In this document: positions 30,258-42,836 of the stretch, piece by piece
How positions within the stretch are numbered: the first letter of the stretch is position 1
Layout of the letters: every line of letters begins with the position of its first letter
From: Chrysomallon squamiferum
Taxonomy: Eukaryota > Animalia > Mollusca
NCBI GenBank assembly: GCA_012295275.1
Contig: CM022672.1
Span: 11,842,001-11,906,000 of the forward strand
Length of the DNA: 64,000 nucleotides
Direction: 5' to 3'
Program-made: the position numbers and the translations under genes
The notes under the pieces: generated by a model
What the model saw: the letters and a program-made list of their open reading frames with translations, nothing else
Told to the model about the DNA's origin: nothing
Database searches by the model: none

Positions 30258-30384
30258 CTAAATTAAGAGCTTCATAAGCTGGTGACAGCAAAGCAATCCA
30301 TAACAGTACAATCCAGAATTGTTTCCTTCGAAATCTCACCACCATTCCACAACACTGGCAACAAAAAGTATCCATAACTCCCAT
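30258..30384 (-). CDS. First coding exon of a secreted or membrane protein (signal peptide); gene continues leftward, probably beyond the window
   Basis: Hand translation from ATG 30384 gives MGVMDTFCCQCCGMVVRFRRKQFWIVLLWIALLSPAYEALNL plus 1 nt (127 nt). It has a basic n-region (RFRRK), a hydrophobic h-region (FWIVLLWIALL) and a small-residue c-region (SPA or YEA). It ends at TAG|GTGAGT, a consensus phase-1 donor typical of signal-peptide exons. In-frame ATGs at 30384, 30375 and 30345 all have purine at -3 and G at +4. Protein family cannot be identified from 42 aa. Confidence 0.78.
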
Positions 30385-31150
30385 AATGTAATATGTATCA
30401 CATAGAGAAGGGAGCGAGAAAAAAATAAAACAGGAGAAGAAGAAAAATATATATATATTTTTTTATCACTGTACAGTAGTGGTAACAAACACACCACCGA
30501 CTTCCATCAAAATTATAACCAAAAACAACAACAACAATAACGCTGGTGGCTGGATTTACAGCACTCTCCTGGTTATCAGCATCAGCAGCAGCAGCAGCAG
30601 CGTGTGTACAGCATTGTTGTATTCATCGTGGTTGTCACAGGATCAGCCATGGTAACATCCATGCGTAGTAGTACTCTCTCTCATACTGCAGCCTGTGTCG
30701 GGCTCTGTGAAGAGATAACAAATGCTTTCAATATAAGGATCATTATGGAAGAGAGGTCAGGTCCATTTCTCGGTGGGGAGGACAGGCTCATTATTGGCTT
30801 TCACAGCAGGCATTGAGCTAAAGCTCTTCAGCCCAGATCACCCCTCCCTTGTGTGCGACTGCTCCCGGCTTCTCACTCTCTCACTCATTCATGTCAGTCG
30901 CGCTTTGCACCTATTTTGTTGTGGACCTATTGTGACGGAGAGGAAGAAAGGCAAGGCAAAGAGAATCGTGGATTGATCTTAAAAAGAGTATCTGTGTCTT
31001 GTTGGTGGAAGGAAGCCGTTTATAAACAACAGATACATATATATATACACATACATATATATTGTCGGCATGAGATACGTGGTTTTATTTCACGGTATCT
31101 GTGAAGAAGTGAGAAAATGCAATTACAACAAACTGATTATAAGCGAGCCT
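30385..31150 (-). promoter_or_regulatory. Candidate promoter and 5' leader of the signal-peptide gene
   Basis: Higher GC, with about a dozen CpGs in 30770-31145 against a CpG-poor background. Contains a (CAG/CTG)n tract at 30577-30601, an RFX-like CCATGGTAAC near 30647 and a minus-strand Inr-like TCAGTT at 31136-31131. The TSS cannot be determined. Confidence 0.55.
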
Positions 31151-32211
31151 GCATTCCTGTGTGAATAAAGGAGTGCTGATTAATATAATTATATGACTGA
31201 GATTTTAATGTTTTTGAGTGTATTTTTATTTTATTTTATTTAATTAGTTTTATTTTTTTTTTTTTATTTCCTTTAAAATTATTTAGTTTTGATTTTTAAA
31301 ATGAAAATACTGTATCATCATCATCATTATTATTATTTTAGCAGTTTATAAATGACTGGCCTTTGGATTTTGTGAGTATTATGTTGAGAGTTAATAATAA
31401 TGATAATAATAATAATAATAAAGATAAATAAATAAATAAAAATTAATTTTACATGGAATTAATAATGATGATAAATTTAATTTAAAAAATAATTTAAATA
31501 AAATTAAAATGTAATAACAATAAAAACAAAAACAGTATTAAATAAAATTAATAAATAATGACAATAATAATAAAAATAAAAAAAAATTAATAAAAAAAAA
31601 AAAAAAAAAACAACCCAAAACAAAGTAGCAACAAAGTATTTTAAAAATAACTCCAATCTGCCTTTTAAAAGTAAGAAATAAAAAAAAAATTCTATTACAT
31701 GGTTATCTGCAGTAAATGAAAAGAATATTTTCTAAATGTTATCAGACACAATCAAGTAGGTGTGTAGGTGTGCGAGTGGGCTGGCAATGGGTTAATGCAG
31801 ATATACCACTCTGCAATGAAAGCTAACATGATAGTATTGTTTGTATTTGATTGATCATTCTTACCTTAAACTCGAATTGTGAAGGAAAAGGTCACCTACT
31901 TGACAAAAGATTTTTAATCTCTAGTAAATATTGATAATTGTTAAGTCTCCATGTTACAGGTATGCCAGGTGAGACTAATGACAGGTAACTAATTTGTATC
32001 CAGGTAGGAAAATGTAATGTTTCTATTCAGATATGCATGCAGGTGTTGATTGAAATTTATTACCATGAAAGTATAAAGCACAGGTATTCAGGTGTTGTTT
32101 TTTTCTTTTGATTTAAAAGCAATGAAATATATATTTATTTTTTAATTCCATTCATTATTAAAATGAAAAAAGGATTTTAATGATATAAGAATAATATGGT
32201 TGTGCTTTGTT

Positions 32212-32212
<1 letters not shown>

Positions 32213-32303
<91 letters not shown>
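32213..32303. repeat. (GA)n microsatellite heading a purine-rich tract
   Basis: About 45 perfect GA units. Confidence 0.97.
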
Positions 32304-32307
<4 letters not shown>

Positions 32308-33532
32308 TGAATGATGAAGAAAGATGAGTGATAGAGAAGACAGATAAATAGGAGAGCAAAAAAAAGAAGAGAGAAAGAAAAAGAAGGAATGAGACAGAAA
32401 GAAATATAGGTAAAGCAAGGGAAAGAAAGATAGAGGAAGACAGAAAGTCATTCAAAGAAAAACATAAACACATCAAATATTGATTGATTCAAATGACTTC
32501 TGCATGTTAATGAAATTTTTCATCTTACCATAAAATGACTGTAATGAAATTTTTCTTTTCTGGCTGATCAATAATGTAGAACTGATGAAGTGTCACGAAG
32601 TACAGGTGAAATTATTATCCAGGTAGGAATCCGTGATAAAAATACACTGAACGGTCAAGTATTTTCTATACATCAGTAGATATTATGAAGTACTGTCATC
32701 TTAAAAAAGTCACAAAGAAATGAAGTTGAGTGATTGAGATTGAGAGACAACCAGGCAGAGGTAATGTGTATGTGAGAATGTGTGTATGTGTGTGTATGTA
32801 TGAGAGAGAGAGAGAGAGTACATGCCTTAAGAAAGAAAGAAAAGAAAAGAAATAAGAAAAAAGAATGAAAGTGAGAGAGGACAATAGAGGAAGAGGTGGA
32901 GAAGAAGAAAGAGAAGAAGAAAAAAGATAGAAAGAAATAAAGAAAAATAAAAGAGAGAAAGAAGGACAAAGTAAAATAAAAACCACATTAAAAACAAATA
33001 AACACCCCCCAATGATCTCACAAGTTTAACTCGAAGGTTCACAGACACATGGACAGAGATGAGTACAGATATGGAAGAGGAACATAATTTAACTTGACTC
33101 ATTTTAAAAATGGTGAATTATTTAGAAATATGATGACCTCAGTGAAAAGAAACTGTCACTGATTAAATCGGGTTATCATTCATAAAAAGTTATAAACATT
33201 CACTTTTAATTTTAAATTACTTCATCAAAGCACGAGAATGGAAATTACATGGCTGTAATCTTTGTTTGATTTTCTAAAGTTTAAAATATTAACTTTACAG
33301 GGACACAAGAGTGTAACAATTAGATTTAAAAAAAAAAAAAAAAGAAATTCAAGGAAAAGGTGTCATTTTTAATTTTCTGTTATAAATATTGTATCACACA
33401 CTTTCTTCATTTTATCTCTTTAATATCTTTTTCTTTCTATCCTTTATTTCTTTTTTTGTCACGATTTAATAAAGATTTATTCCATTATTCAAACAACCTA
33501 TAAAATTCAACAATACAAAAAAAACAACAAAA

Positions 33533-33573
<41 letters not shown>

Positions 33574-34261
33574 CAACAAACCCAAAGAAAACGCCAGAGG
33601 AATGAAACTGTTAATTACAAATAACCTACATCTTTTTATATTTATACATACAGACACACACACAGACACATACAACTGATTTCATCAAATAATGGGTAAA
33701 AAGCCTATTGGCTATTTGACCTGTTATGTCAAAGACCATGTAAACATTGGTAACGTGATCTCCCATGTATTCAATGGAAGCAGGTGTCCACCCCAAGGCT
33801 AATCAGTCTTGCCTGTCACAGTTCAATCCCCACATATCCTCCCTGCAAGAAATCCCCCCTCTACATCACTCAGTTTAAAAATAGCATCGGTCAGTAACAG
33901 CGGTGGTGGTACCAGGTGGTCAAGAAACTGTGTTTTGTTTGACCCCTATGACCAGCAGATATTAAAATATATATATAATGTGTCCATTATAATAAATATA
34001 TGTCTGTTTCAGTGGCCATTGTGTTTATCTGATAAGGGTAAAATAAAAATTAATAATAATATTTCAGTGGCTTTATTAGTGTAGCTTCTGTAGTCAAAAT
34101 GATAATAATAACATTATTATAAATATATCCATTCCAGTGGTAACCTTCTTTTGTTATAAATTATTGGCTGAAAAATTATAAATTCTAATAATTATTATTT
34201 TCTCAAAGAAAAAATAACCTAAAAAAAAAACTTTCATCATTAAACTCCATCCAGTTATATT

Positions 34262-34301
<40 letters not shown>

Positions 34302-34789
34302 AATAGAATATAATAATGAAATACTGGTTCAGAACAAACTGAAATAACATTATTTTTTACAATCACTCCCTAGAAAATAATGACTGATTTCACACGCAGC
34401 AAAATTTTAAAAATTTTTATAATTTTGTTTCATTATTATTTTATTTTTAATTTTTTTTTCATTTCTCATTGTGGTTACTTTGACAAAAATACAAAAAAAA
34501 AAATAAAAAAAATAAAATAAACAAATACTTCCCATTATGCATTCCAATAGTAATTTTTAATTCATGGATCTCATATTTCTAAGAAACTCAGGGTTATTCA
34601 ATAGGACACTATTTTCCAAGCAACCAATACCATTTTGGCTTTTGTGAACATTGAGCTATCTGATACATGGGGAAAAGGTGGGGAAACTTTAAACCAATTT
34701 ATAACAGCAAAGTTAACATCATGATTTAATGTCCAAACATAAAAGTGACCTCAGAATGAGGCAAGCTGCATTTAGATTCACAAAATGAC

Positions 34790-34970
34790 CGTGAAGGAAT
34801 GTCACGAATGTGTTAGCGAACAATTAAAACTTTACGCTTAGATCATCACACAGGTTAGAACGGGATAGTGGTATGAATTACACTTCCTTGCTCTCTTTTA
34901 AACCTGTGTCAATTGTCACGCCTAACAGTTAACTTTGACCAGTCATGCGTGACACTCCGGAGGGGGGGAG
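34790..34970. promoter_or_regulatory. CpG-retaining candidate enhancer with Pax paired-domain sites
   Basis: About 8 CpGs in 180 bp; GTCACGCATGACTG on the minus strand at 34953-34940, plus GTCACG at 34801 and 34915. Confidence 0.45.
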
Positions 34971-35479
34971 GAAAAACAAAGCAGTGCAATTTTATAGGCC
35001 ACAGTCTGTAAAAATCTTACCATGACTTGGTTACAACTCCTGTGGAAACATTAAAAAGAATTTTGTTGGGTACACCCTGTAACTCACACTGTGAGATTAA
35101 ATCCTAGAACTGCTACAGTGTTTGACAACAAGGGGTTTAATTGTTATTCCGTGAGATTAATTAAAGGAAATGTATCCCACGTGAGGTATTCCTGTATGGC
35201 TGTAGTTAATCCGCTATTAGAGGGAGTGTGTCAGAACAACAATACTGTAGTTAATTCATCCCGACTTAAGATATTAAATATACATACAATCTTGATACTG
35301 TTTTCTAATTGGATGCTCCTTGGAGGTTGGTTTTTTTTGTATAAATGTATGTATGGATGAATAGATAGATAGATAAATAGATAGACAGATAGATAGGTAG
35401 ACACACATGTCAACTTTTTGTACTATTACAGATAGGTAGCCACACACATACACACATAGCACTTTTTTCTTTTTTACTA

Positions 35480-36180
35480 TTTTCTAATTGATAATTCATA
35501 GGAGTTCTGTACAGTAATTAAATAAGTAAATAACAGGGTCTTAAGACAAATATACAGATACTATCTTAATAATGGTTTCTTTTCACAACTAATTAGGAAG
35601 GTCTTAGCACTGCAGTAAAATCACTGGTGTGAAACAGATACATCAGATCTTAGTATTTTTTTTTAACTGGCAGTTCTAAGAATTACACTACAGCAGTTAA
35701 AATCAGAGTGTTTTAAAACTTAAATACACACATCATATCTTTTAAAATAAAGTTTCTATTTATTCCTGATTAGGAAGGTCCTATATGCCAAATATTTGTA
35801 AAAAAAGAAATTAAATAAAAATAATAATAACAATTTGGAAAGTCTTAGGTGTCTTGTTAAATCATACAGTCTTAAGAGATCAATATCATTTTTTAATTAT
35901 GGTTTCTATGCAAATCTAATTAGGATTTTTAAAGCATAGAGAAATTACTGGATCTTGGGATGGAAAGAATACAGATCAAGTTAGAGATATTATTTTCTTA
36001 TTGGTAATTCTTGGGAGTTTAGTTAAGCAGTTGGGATCTACAACTGTTAAGTATACAGATCAAATCTTGAAACTGGCTTATATTCATACCCAAGTGAAAG
36101 CAAGACTTTTAGATTTCACTACACAAATAAAAATTTGATACTGGCTTCTTTTATTTCAAGTGAAATTAGAAAGGTCTGAG
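35480..36180. repeat. Degenerate tandem repeat
   Basis: ATTAGGAAGGTC near 35592, 35769 and 36165, with interleaved ATACAGATC motifs. Confidence 0.55.
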
Positions 36181-36204
36181 AACACACCTTCATTAATTTA
36201 TTTA

Positions 36205-36410
36205 ATGAATGAGTTTTTGTTTAATGAATCTAAAGGCATTTGCATGAATGATTATCAGGTGTTACTGATATAGATAGATGATGAAATGAGAAAGAAAACC
36301 GTCATACTATACTACGGGCTACTTTTCATCAACAGTAGCAAGGAAACTTTTAAATGTATTTTATTATCCTGAAACATTCCGGTAGTTTGGAATGGGGAAA
36401 ATACGAAGAA
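36205..36410 (-). mobile_element. Decayed SINE, same family
   Basis: GAGAAAGAAAACCG..GGGCTACTTTTC..AGTAGCAAGGAAACTTTTA. Confidence 0.5.
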
Positions 36411-37204
36411 TTGTTTAATGAAGGATTGTTTAATGAATCTTGTTATGTTTTGTTGTTTAATAGAGATGGGTTATATGTGTTCAGGAAGGCATGTTTTTTA
36501 AAATACATATAAAATCAAATAAAAATCTCATTGCTGATTTCTTATGGACTTAAGCTAAAAGGATATTATACATGGTGGCCCATAAGTGTGTGATAGTGAA
36601 AAAAATATACATGTTTCTTTTTAAAAATATGTAGAAAGTGTTTGTAAGGTATTTGAAACATTGCATGTGTGTATGTATGTACCTTTTTACGTATGTATGT
36701 GTTTATATGTTTATGTATGTGTGTGTGTATGAATATGTATATTTATGTAGATGTGTGTTTGTATGAGTATTTGTGTGTGTTTGTGTAGACATCTGTGAGT
36801 GTATGTTAGTATGGGTATATCTCTGTGTGTTTGTGTGTGTACGTTTGTTTTTGTATTTGTATGTATTGTCTGTATGTATATCTGTGTATGAATGTTTCTA
36901 AATCTCTATCTGTGCGTGTGTGTACTTCAAAAAAAAGAAAAGAAAGAGAGATGAACATTCTGTCATTATATCTGTTATATGACAGTTTGCATGCAACAAA
37001 GGATTCTGCGTGACAGAAGGCTGCCTGTCTCAGGAAAACGAGGATCGAGTGCAGACAATAGGTGTGGTCACGGCTTGATGAAGAAAGGGGTTGTCTGGGG
37101 CAGATAAATAAAACCCACTCAGTCGGGTTTGTTTACAAATCTGTTAACTCTTTTGTTTCTTCTCTTTCCTCAGTTTAAACAAAAGTATTTTATTTGTATG
37201 TATG

Positions 37205-37216
37205 AGTGAGTGAGTG

Positions 37217-37272
<56 letters not shown>

Positions 37273-37354
37273 TGTGTGTGTTTGTGTATGTGTGTGTATG
37301 CATGTGTGCTTCCATGCATGTGTAGGTGACAGACAGACAGAAAGAGAGAGATTG

Positions 37355-37440
<86 letters not shown>
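37205..37440. repeat. Compound (GT)n and (GA)n microsatellite
   Basis: Seen directly. Confidence 0.95.
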
Positions 37441-37446
<6 letters not shown>

Positions 37447-38289
37447 TGTGTGCATCTTATGGTCAAGAATTGAGAATATTCTTTCTAGTAAACATAAAAA
37501 AAATGAATTAAAAAAATGAATTAATAAATTAATGAAATAAAAGAAAGAAAGACTGTAAGAATTAAAAGAAAACATTAATGATAAATGAAATAAATGAGAG
37601 AAGCTAACAAAGAAACAAAATTCTGACTGAATTAAGAAACAAATAAAAGAAAGAAACGAATGATATAAAAACCTCAACCTCCATTCCTCAATAAAAAAAA
37701 AGAAAAGAAGAAAAACCAGAAAACCCAGAAAGTTCAAATTAAGGAAAACACAACTAAAAAGAAGTCTTTTCCCTTAGTAAGTTTACGCATTAGTACATCC
37801 TAAACATTAAACAGTTTCAACAAAGAACTAAGCATTCACCATCATTTCCCTGTAAACACCACAAACAACCACCTGCAGAGACTAAAGAGAAAACTCTTAA
37901 CAAACGTCATTCCTATATACCACAGCCCTGCCTTTGTTTTTACTTTCAAGTGGGGATGGGGGAAATAAGTATTGTACAATACCAGGGGCTAAGGATCACC
38001 AAGGACACAAGCTATGAATATCTATATATATCTATATATATATAGTGTGTTACTGTTATTACTGCTTATGGGAAAGTGACTGCTCATTTGATACCACAGT
38101 TTGTAATATCTAGCAGTAATAAATATTTAATATACAATCTTGAAATTAAGTATATCGTATTATAGTTTGTAATCTATGATTGTTAAGTATATAATATTAC
38201 AATCTATAATTAAATATATATTATAGTTGTATAAATTTTGGTAAATTGGTGTAATTATAATATTATATTGTTTAAACTCACAATTAAAG

Positions 38290-38296
38290 GTGTGTG

Positions 38297-38357
<61 letters not shown>
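38290..38357. repeat. (GT)n microsatellite
   Basis: Seen directly. Confidence 0.95.
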
Positions 38358-38361
<4 letters not shown>

Positions 38362-38544
38362 ATTAAATATGTAATTTCATACTGTATCTCTTATACTATG
38401 GTATGTAATATTATGTAATATATTCTGACAATGTATATTATATAATCTTTGATAATTAAATAAACAAATTTCATATTGTATCACTTATAAAAAGCAACAC
38501 ATTGTGGCCCCTACATACATAACCACAAAAAAAGTATCAACAGC

Positions 38545-38621
38545 AACTCACTCCAAAGGCCCCTTGACCAATGGGGCCCCAGGCCAACTAACCAGTGTTC
38601 CCATGCCTAAAGATGACCCTG
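38545..38621. mobile_element. Right end of a related MITE-like element
   Basis: GC-rich GGCCCC triplet and ending GTTCCCATGCCTAAAGATGACCCTG. Confidence 0.4.
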
Positions 38622-39633
38622 ATTATAACTTTGTAGTTTTGTTTTCATTTAAACAAAGCAGTTCCAACAATTTATCTTTTAATTAAAAAAAAATAAATAA
38701 TAATGAGAGAGAATAAAATAGAAGGGAAAAAAAAAAGAGAAAAAAAAAAAAAAAAAAATGAATGAATAAAGAGAAATACAAAATAATAAATATAATAATA
38801 ATATTATTAAAAACTATTAAAAACTAATTAAATCAAATTAAATTAGAAAAAAAAAAAAAAAAAAAAAAAAATAAAATAATAAAAGAATCAAAACTAACAA
38901 GAACTAAAAAAAAGAAAGGAAAACAAAAAAATCTCCCCTGTTGGCAATGATCAGTGTGTTTGAACCCAAGGATATCATTACAGATGTGTATATATTAAAT
39001 ATATTCCACTCTATTATTGCTATAAATTGTTCAGTGCACATGAAATACTTGACAAAACAGGGGAACGAATGGAAATACCTCTGATTATATTGACAGTTTT
39101 GAATAAAAAAAAAAAAAATGACTAGTCAACCCCTTCTGTAAAGAAGTCTTTTGTAAACCACATTTTGGTTGGCAATATCACTTGTATCTCATAAAACCTG
39201 ACAATAACTACCAAACTTTGCCCTCACTTGTTACACAATGGAGAAAAGTCATTGCATTTTTCACCATTCAATTGGAAAATTGGCAATTTCTGCAGATTCT
39301 TTTTTTTTTTTTCCTTTTCAATTGTAACAGCAAATAACAAGATTCACTGGTTGCTTTCTGTCATTTTCCCCCTCCCCCTCAAGGCGTTTAGTGTGTTTCA
39401 CTGAAATGGAACAATGAATATATCCAGAATGACAATCTTTTCACTTGTTTAGGCCTCAGCTTTGAGATCTCTGATGTTTACTGTTTGATATATAATTTAC
39501 ATGACCCAAATGATCTGATCACAATATTGTACTTTCTAGAGCAACAAAGTACTTCAAAAGAATGCAACTGAACATTAAAACCACAGTTACATTCATGCAC
39601 CGTTGGGTTATATCCTTTGATTGAATAAACATA

Positions 39634-39970
39634 CTTCAGATAGGTGACATTTTTTGCTCAAAAATTTCAGATAAATGACATTATTTACTGTAAAATTTCA
39701 GATGATTGAATTTTTTTTCTATAATATTTCAGATCTTTAAAAAAAAAATTCAATAATATTTCAGATGGATGACATTTTTTAAAGATAATATTTTGGAAAA
39801 TTAAATATTTTTCTATAGTATTTCTTATGGTTGACTTTTTTCTATACTATTTAAGAGGATGACATTTATATTCTATAAAATTTCAAATGCACAATATTTT
39901 TTTTTTATATTTCAGAAGAATTTTTTTCTGTAATATATCAAATGGATGACATGTTTTTTTCTATATATCA
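39634..39970. repeat. About 31-bp degenerate minisatellite, about 11 units
   Basis: TTTCAGATGGATGACATTTTTTTCTATAATA consensus. Confidence 0.85.
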
Positions 39971-40007
39971 GTAAAAAAAAAAAATAAACCTAAGCCACAG
40001 ATAAAAA

Positions 40008-40042
<35 letters not shown>

Positions 40043-41765
40043 CACAAAACAATACCAAAGACAATTCTTCATTTATTTACAAGATGTATGTATCTGTGCA
40101 TACAAACCATTTATAATCCTGTAGAGAACATTGGTAATAAAATACCTGTCTCTTAGAAAACAAGGGAATGCCCTAACATTTAACAAGAAACAAAGAGTAA
40201 GGATGTATGTAAAACAGACAGGTAGATGACTATTACATTACAGTCATTGGGTGTTGCTATCCAGGCAGTTTCCTTAATTATAGCTTGTGTTAAAGTAACA
40301 GCATTTTTGAAATCTTTGGAGAGTGAGTCAATAAAACATTATCATTAATTTTATCACCTCTGTCATCATCAACAGCATCATCATCATTCTTTTTTAATTA
40401 TTGTAGTTGTTGCTGTTGTTATTATTATTGTCATAATTGATATTGTTGTTTTTGTTATAATTATAAATATTATTGTTATTATTGTTACTGTTGTAACTGT
40501 TGTTTATTATTGTTGTTATTATAATATTGTTATTACTTTAATTATATATTTATAATAAATGATAAAAATATAAATTTGAATTAACATTCAAATACACATG
40601 AAGATAAATTATTACTGTATGTGATGATCAAACTTGTCTGTTCCTCTATCTGTGTGTGTGTGTGTGTGTATGTGTGTGTGTGTGTGTGTGTGTCCATGCA
40701 TGTTTTTGCATGTGTGATAAATCTATGTATGCATGATGAAAAATAGATGAACAAAAACAATTTGCAAATTAAGTCAGCAAAAAAATCTATCTGTAAGAAA
40801 TAATTAAAATGCATTTAGATAAATGCACTGATGGATGGTGGATCATACACTGCATTCAAATGAAACCGTGGAATCTAACGATTTGTTTTTAAATCAGCAG
40901 ATCTAATGTCTTTCATGTGTATGTAGATTTGTTGGCTGTTGTAAACAAATCAAAACATCAAGGCCAAAATTAACTGATTTCAGCTAATGAAAAACACGCT
41001 GAACTATTGAGTAGCAGAAATTTCAATAGACTTTCTTTGTAATTATCTACACTAAACTTCTGTTATTTCATGACAGCCATCAAGGAATTGGAAGTACAGT
41101 TTTACATAATGGATCCAGTCACAAAACACACTGTCTTTACCTTCTTGGCTAATGCTAGATGGTTTCAGTGAAGGTCAGCGCACTCAATAAACTGTTTTTC
41201 CCATTCTGCCAAATGTTTCATGACTGATCTATTCAAGATTCATGGGATAATGTTTGTAAAAGATTATTTAATAATAATGAAATAATGGCAGCAAGGATTT
41301 CTTTTAGTCTTGTCATTAGTATAATAATAAAACAACAGCAGTTAGTAACCCATGAAATAATGGCCCTCACAAAACTTTTATACATCATTATTAAAAATAA
41401 AGTGTTTGATAATAACAACAACAACAACAGCAACATCAATAACAACAGCAACAACACAATAACAGCTAGCAACAACAACATCAACAACAACAACAACAGA
41501 CTATCAGAACATTAGTTTCATGTTTTTCATAGCCAGTATAGCCTATGCAGTATTGGTTGTTGGCTTCCTTTCTTATTTTTAGTCTTTATTTTAAAACATT
41601 GCATGTGCATGCTTCATCGTAGCATCAATATTATAAAGAAAAAATTATATCCTTTATGCCTTATATTTTTTTTATATTAAAATGTGTATAAACATTTATT
41701 TATTTAATAATTTATTTATTTATTATATTTCCACATTATTTTGCAGTAAAATTTAGTAATTTAGT

Positions 41766-42097
41766 ATAAGGCTGTTGACAGTGCTGTACATAAGGCAATA
41801 GCAGTCCAGGCAGTTACCCAGAAGTCTAGGAGACCATGTAATCCATGCACACTTTGGCTTGCTGTCAAAAAATAAACACTAAACAGGTAGTGAACCATTA
41901 ATCTGGATTCCTGAAATCTGGAAAAATCCATAAAACTGGCTTTTTTAATTCAGAGTTTTTAATCTTTTTAGAACTTCATTTTCTTTTGGCATAATTTATA
42001 TTTAAATAAATTACCTTTTTCTTGTGGGGGTGGTGGTTTATAGAGGTGCCAGTGTAGTGCTTTGCCTGGGGGCCTATAATGCTGTTACGGTGGCCTT
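41766..42097. mobile_element. Decayed MITE-like DNA element (CAGGGCCG-type ends)
   Basis: The right end GCTTTGCCTGGGGGCCTATAATGCTGTTACGGTGGCCTTG and a decayed left end (AAGGCTGT..AGGCAGTTACCC) resemble widespread CAGGGCCGTC-terminated elements. From memory. Confidence 0.4.
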
Positions 42098-42597
42098 GGC
42101 TCTATGCAGAAACATTAATTAACAATTACCGTGTTTTGCTTTCAGTATCATACACCGCAACCTACACTCACAAATGAATTATTATTATGATTATTCTCGC
42201 GCAGTCATAAATCATTCTGCTGTTTTTAATCACAACACAATTACTGGATAGGCACTTTACCCCTATAAATGTTTGTATTTCTTACTTGCTTATGAAAAGC
42301 TAAAGATGTACAAGAATTTATTACACGTAAAAGGTCCATCGAATATCTTTCACTTGGGATCGTTAACCATGGCTAATTACACAACTCTATCAGAGACATT
42401 AACAGCCAGCTGTCTTTGAAGTTGTTGCTCTGCTTGTTTGGCTTGGAGATGAACTTGTTCTGTTTTTATTGCACACAGGAGATAATGATGTTTTAATTTA
42501 CCCCAGTGATTAATTGTCTGTCGCTGGCGTTACACCATTAATACCTCTGCCTGCTTTTTAAGGGCACAGTCTATTAAAACCACTTGTTAACATCTAC

Positions 42598-42650
42598 CAG
42601 TCTCGGTGGTTAAGCCATCAGCCTCAAGGCTGGGAGGGTCTCGGTTCATA
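42598..42650 (+). mobile_element. tRNA-like head of a second SINE family (truncated)
   Basis: GGTGGTTAAGCCATCAGCCTCAAGGCTGGGAGGGTCTCGGTTCATATC has D-loop-like and B-box-like pieces and a CAGCC/GGCTG stem. Confidence 0.45.
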
Positions 42651-42802
42651 TCTTATTAATGATATCTTATTCATATCTTTTCCATACCTGTTTCAGGATA
42701 TGTTAGCCCAGTATATCAGTTACTATTTTTTTTTTTTTTTTTAAATTAGATCATAAATCATATATATTAAAGAATATAAAATTTTATGTATACATACTTA
42801 AA

Positions 42803-42836
<34 letters not shown>

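Noticed and set aside
30604-31104. Plus-strand ORFs over the promoter-like region
   Set aside because: They use GTG starts, have no recognisable domain and are explained by locally higher GC.
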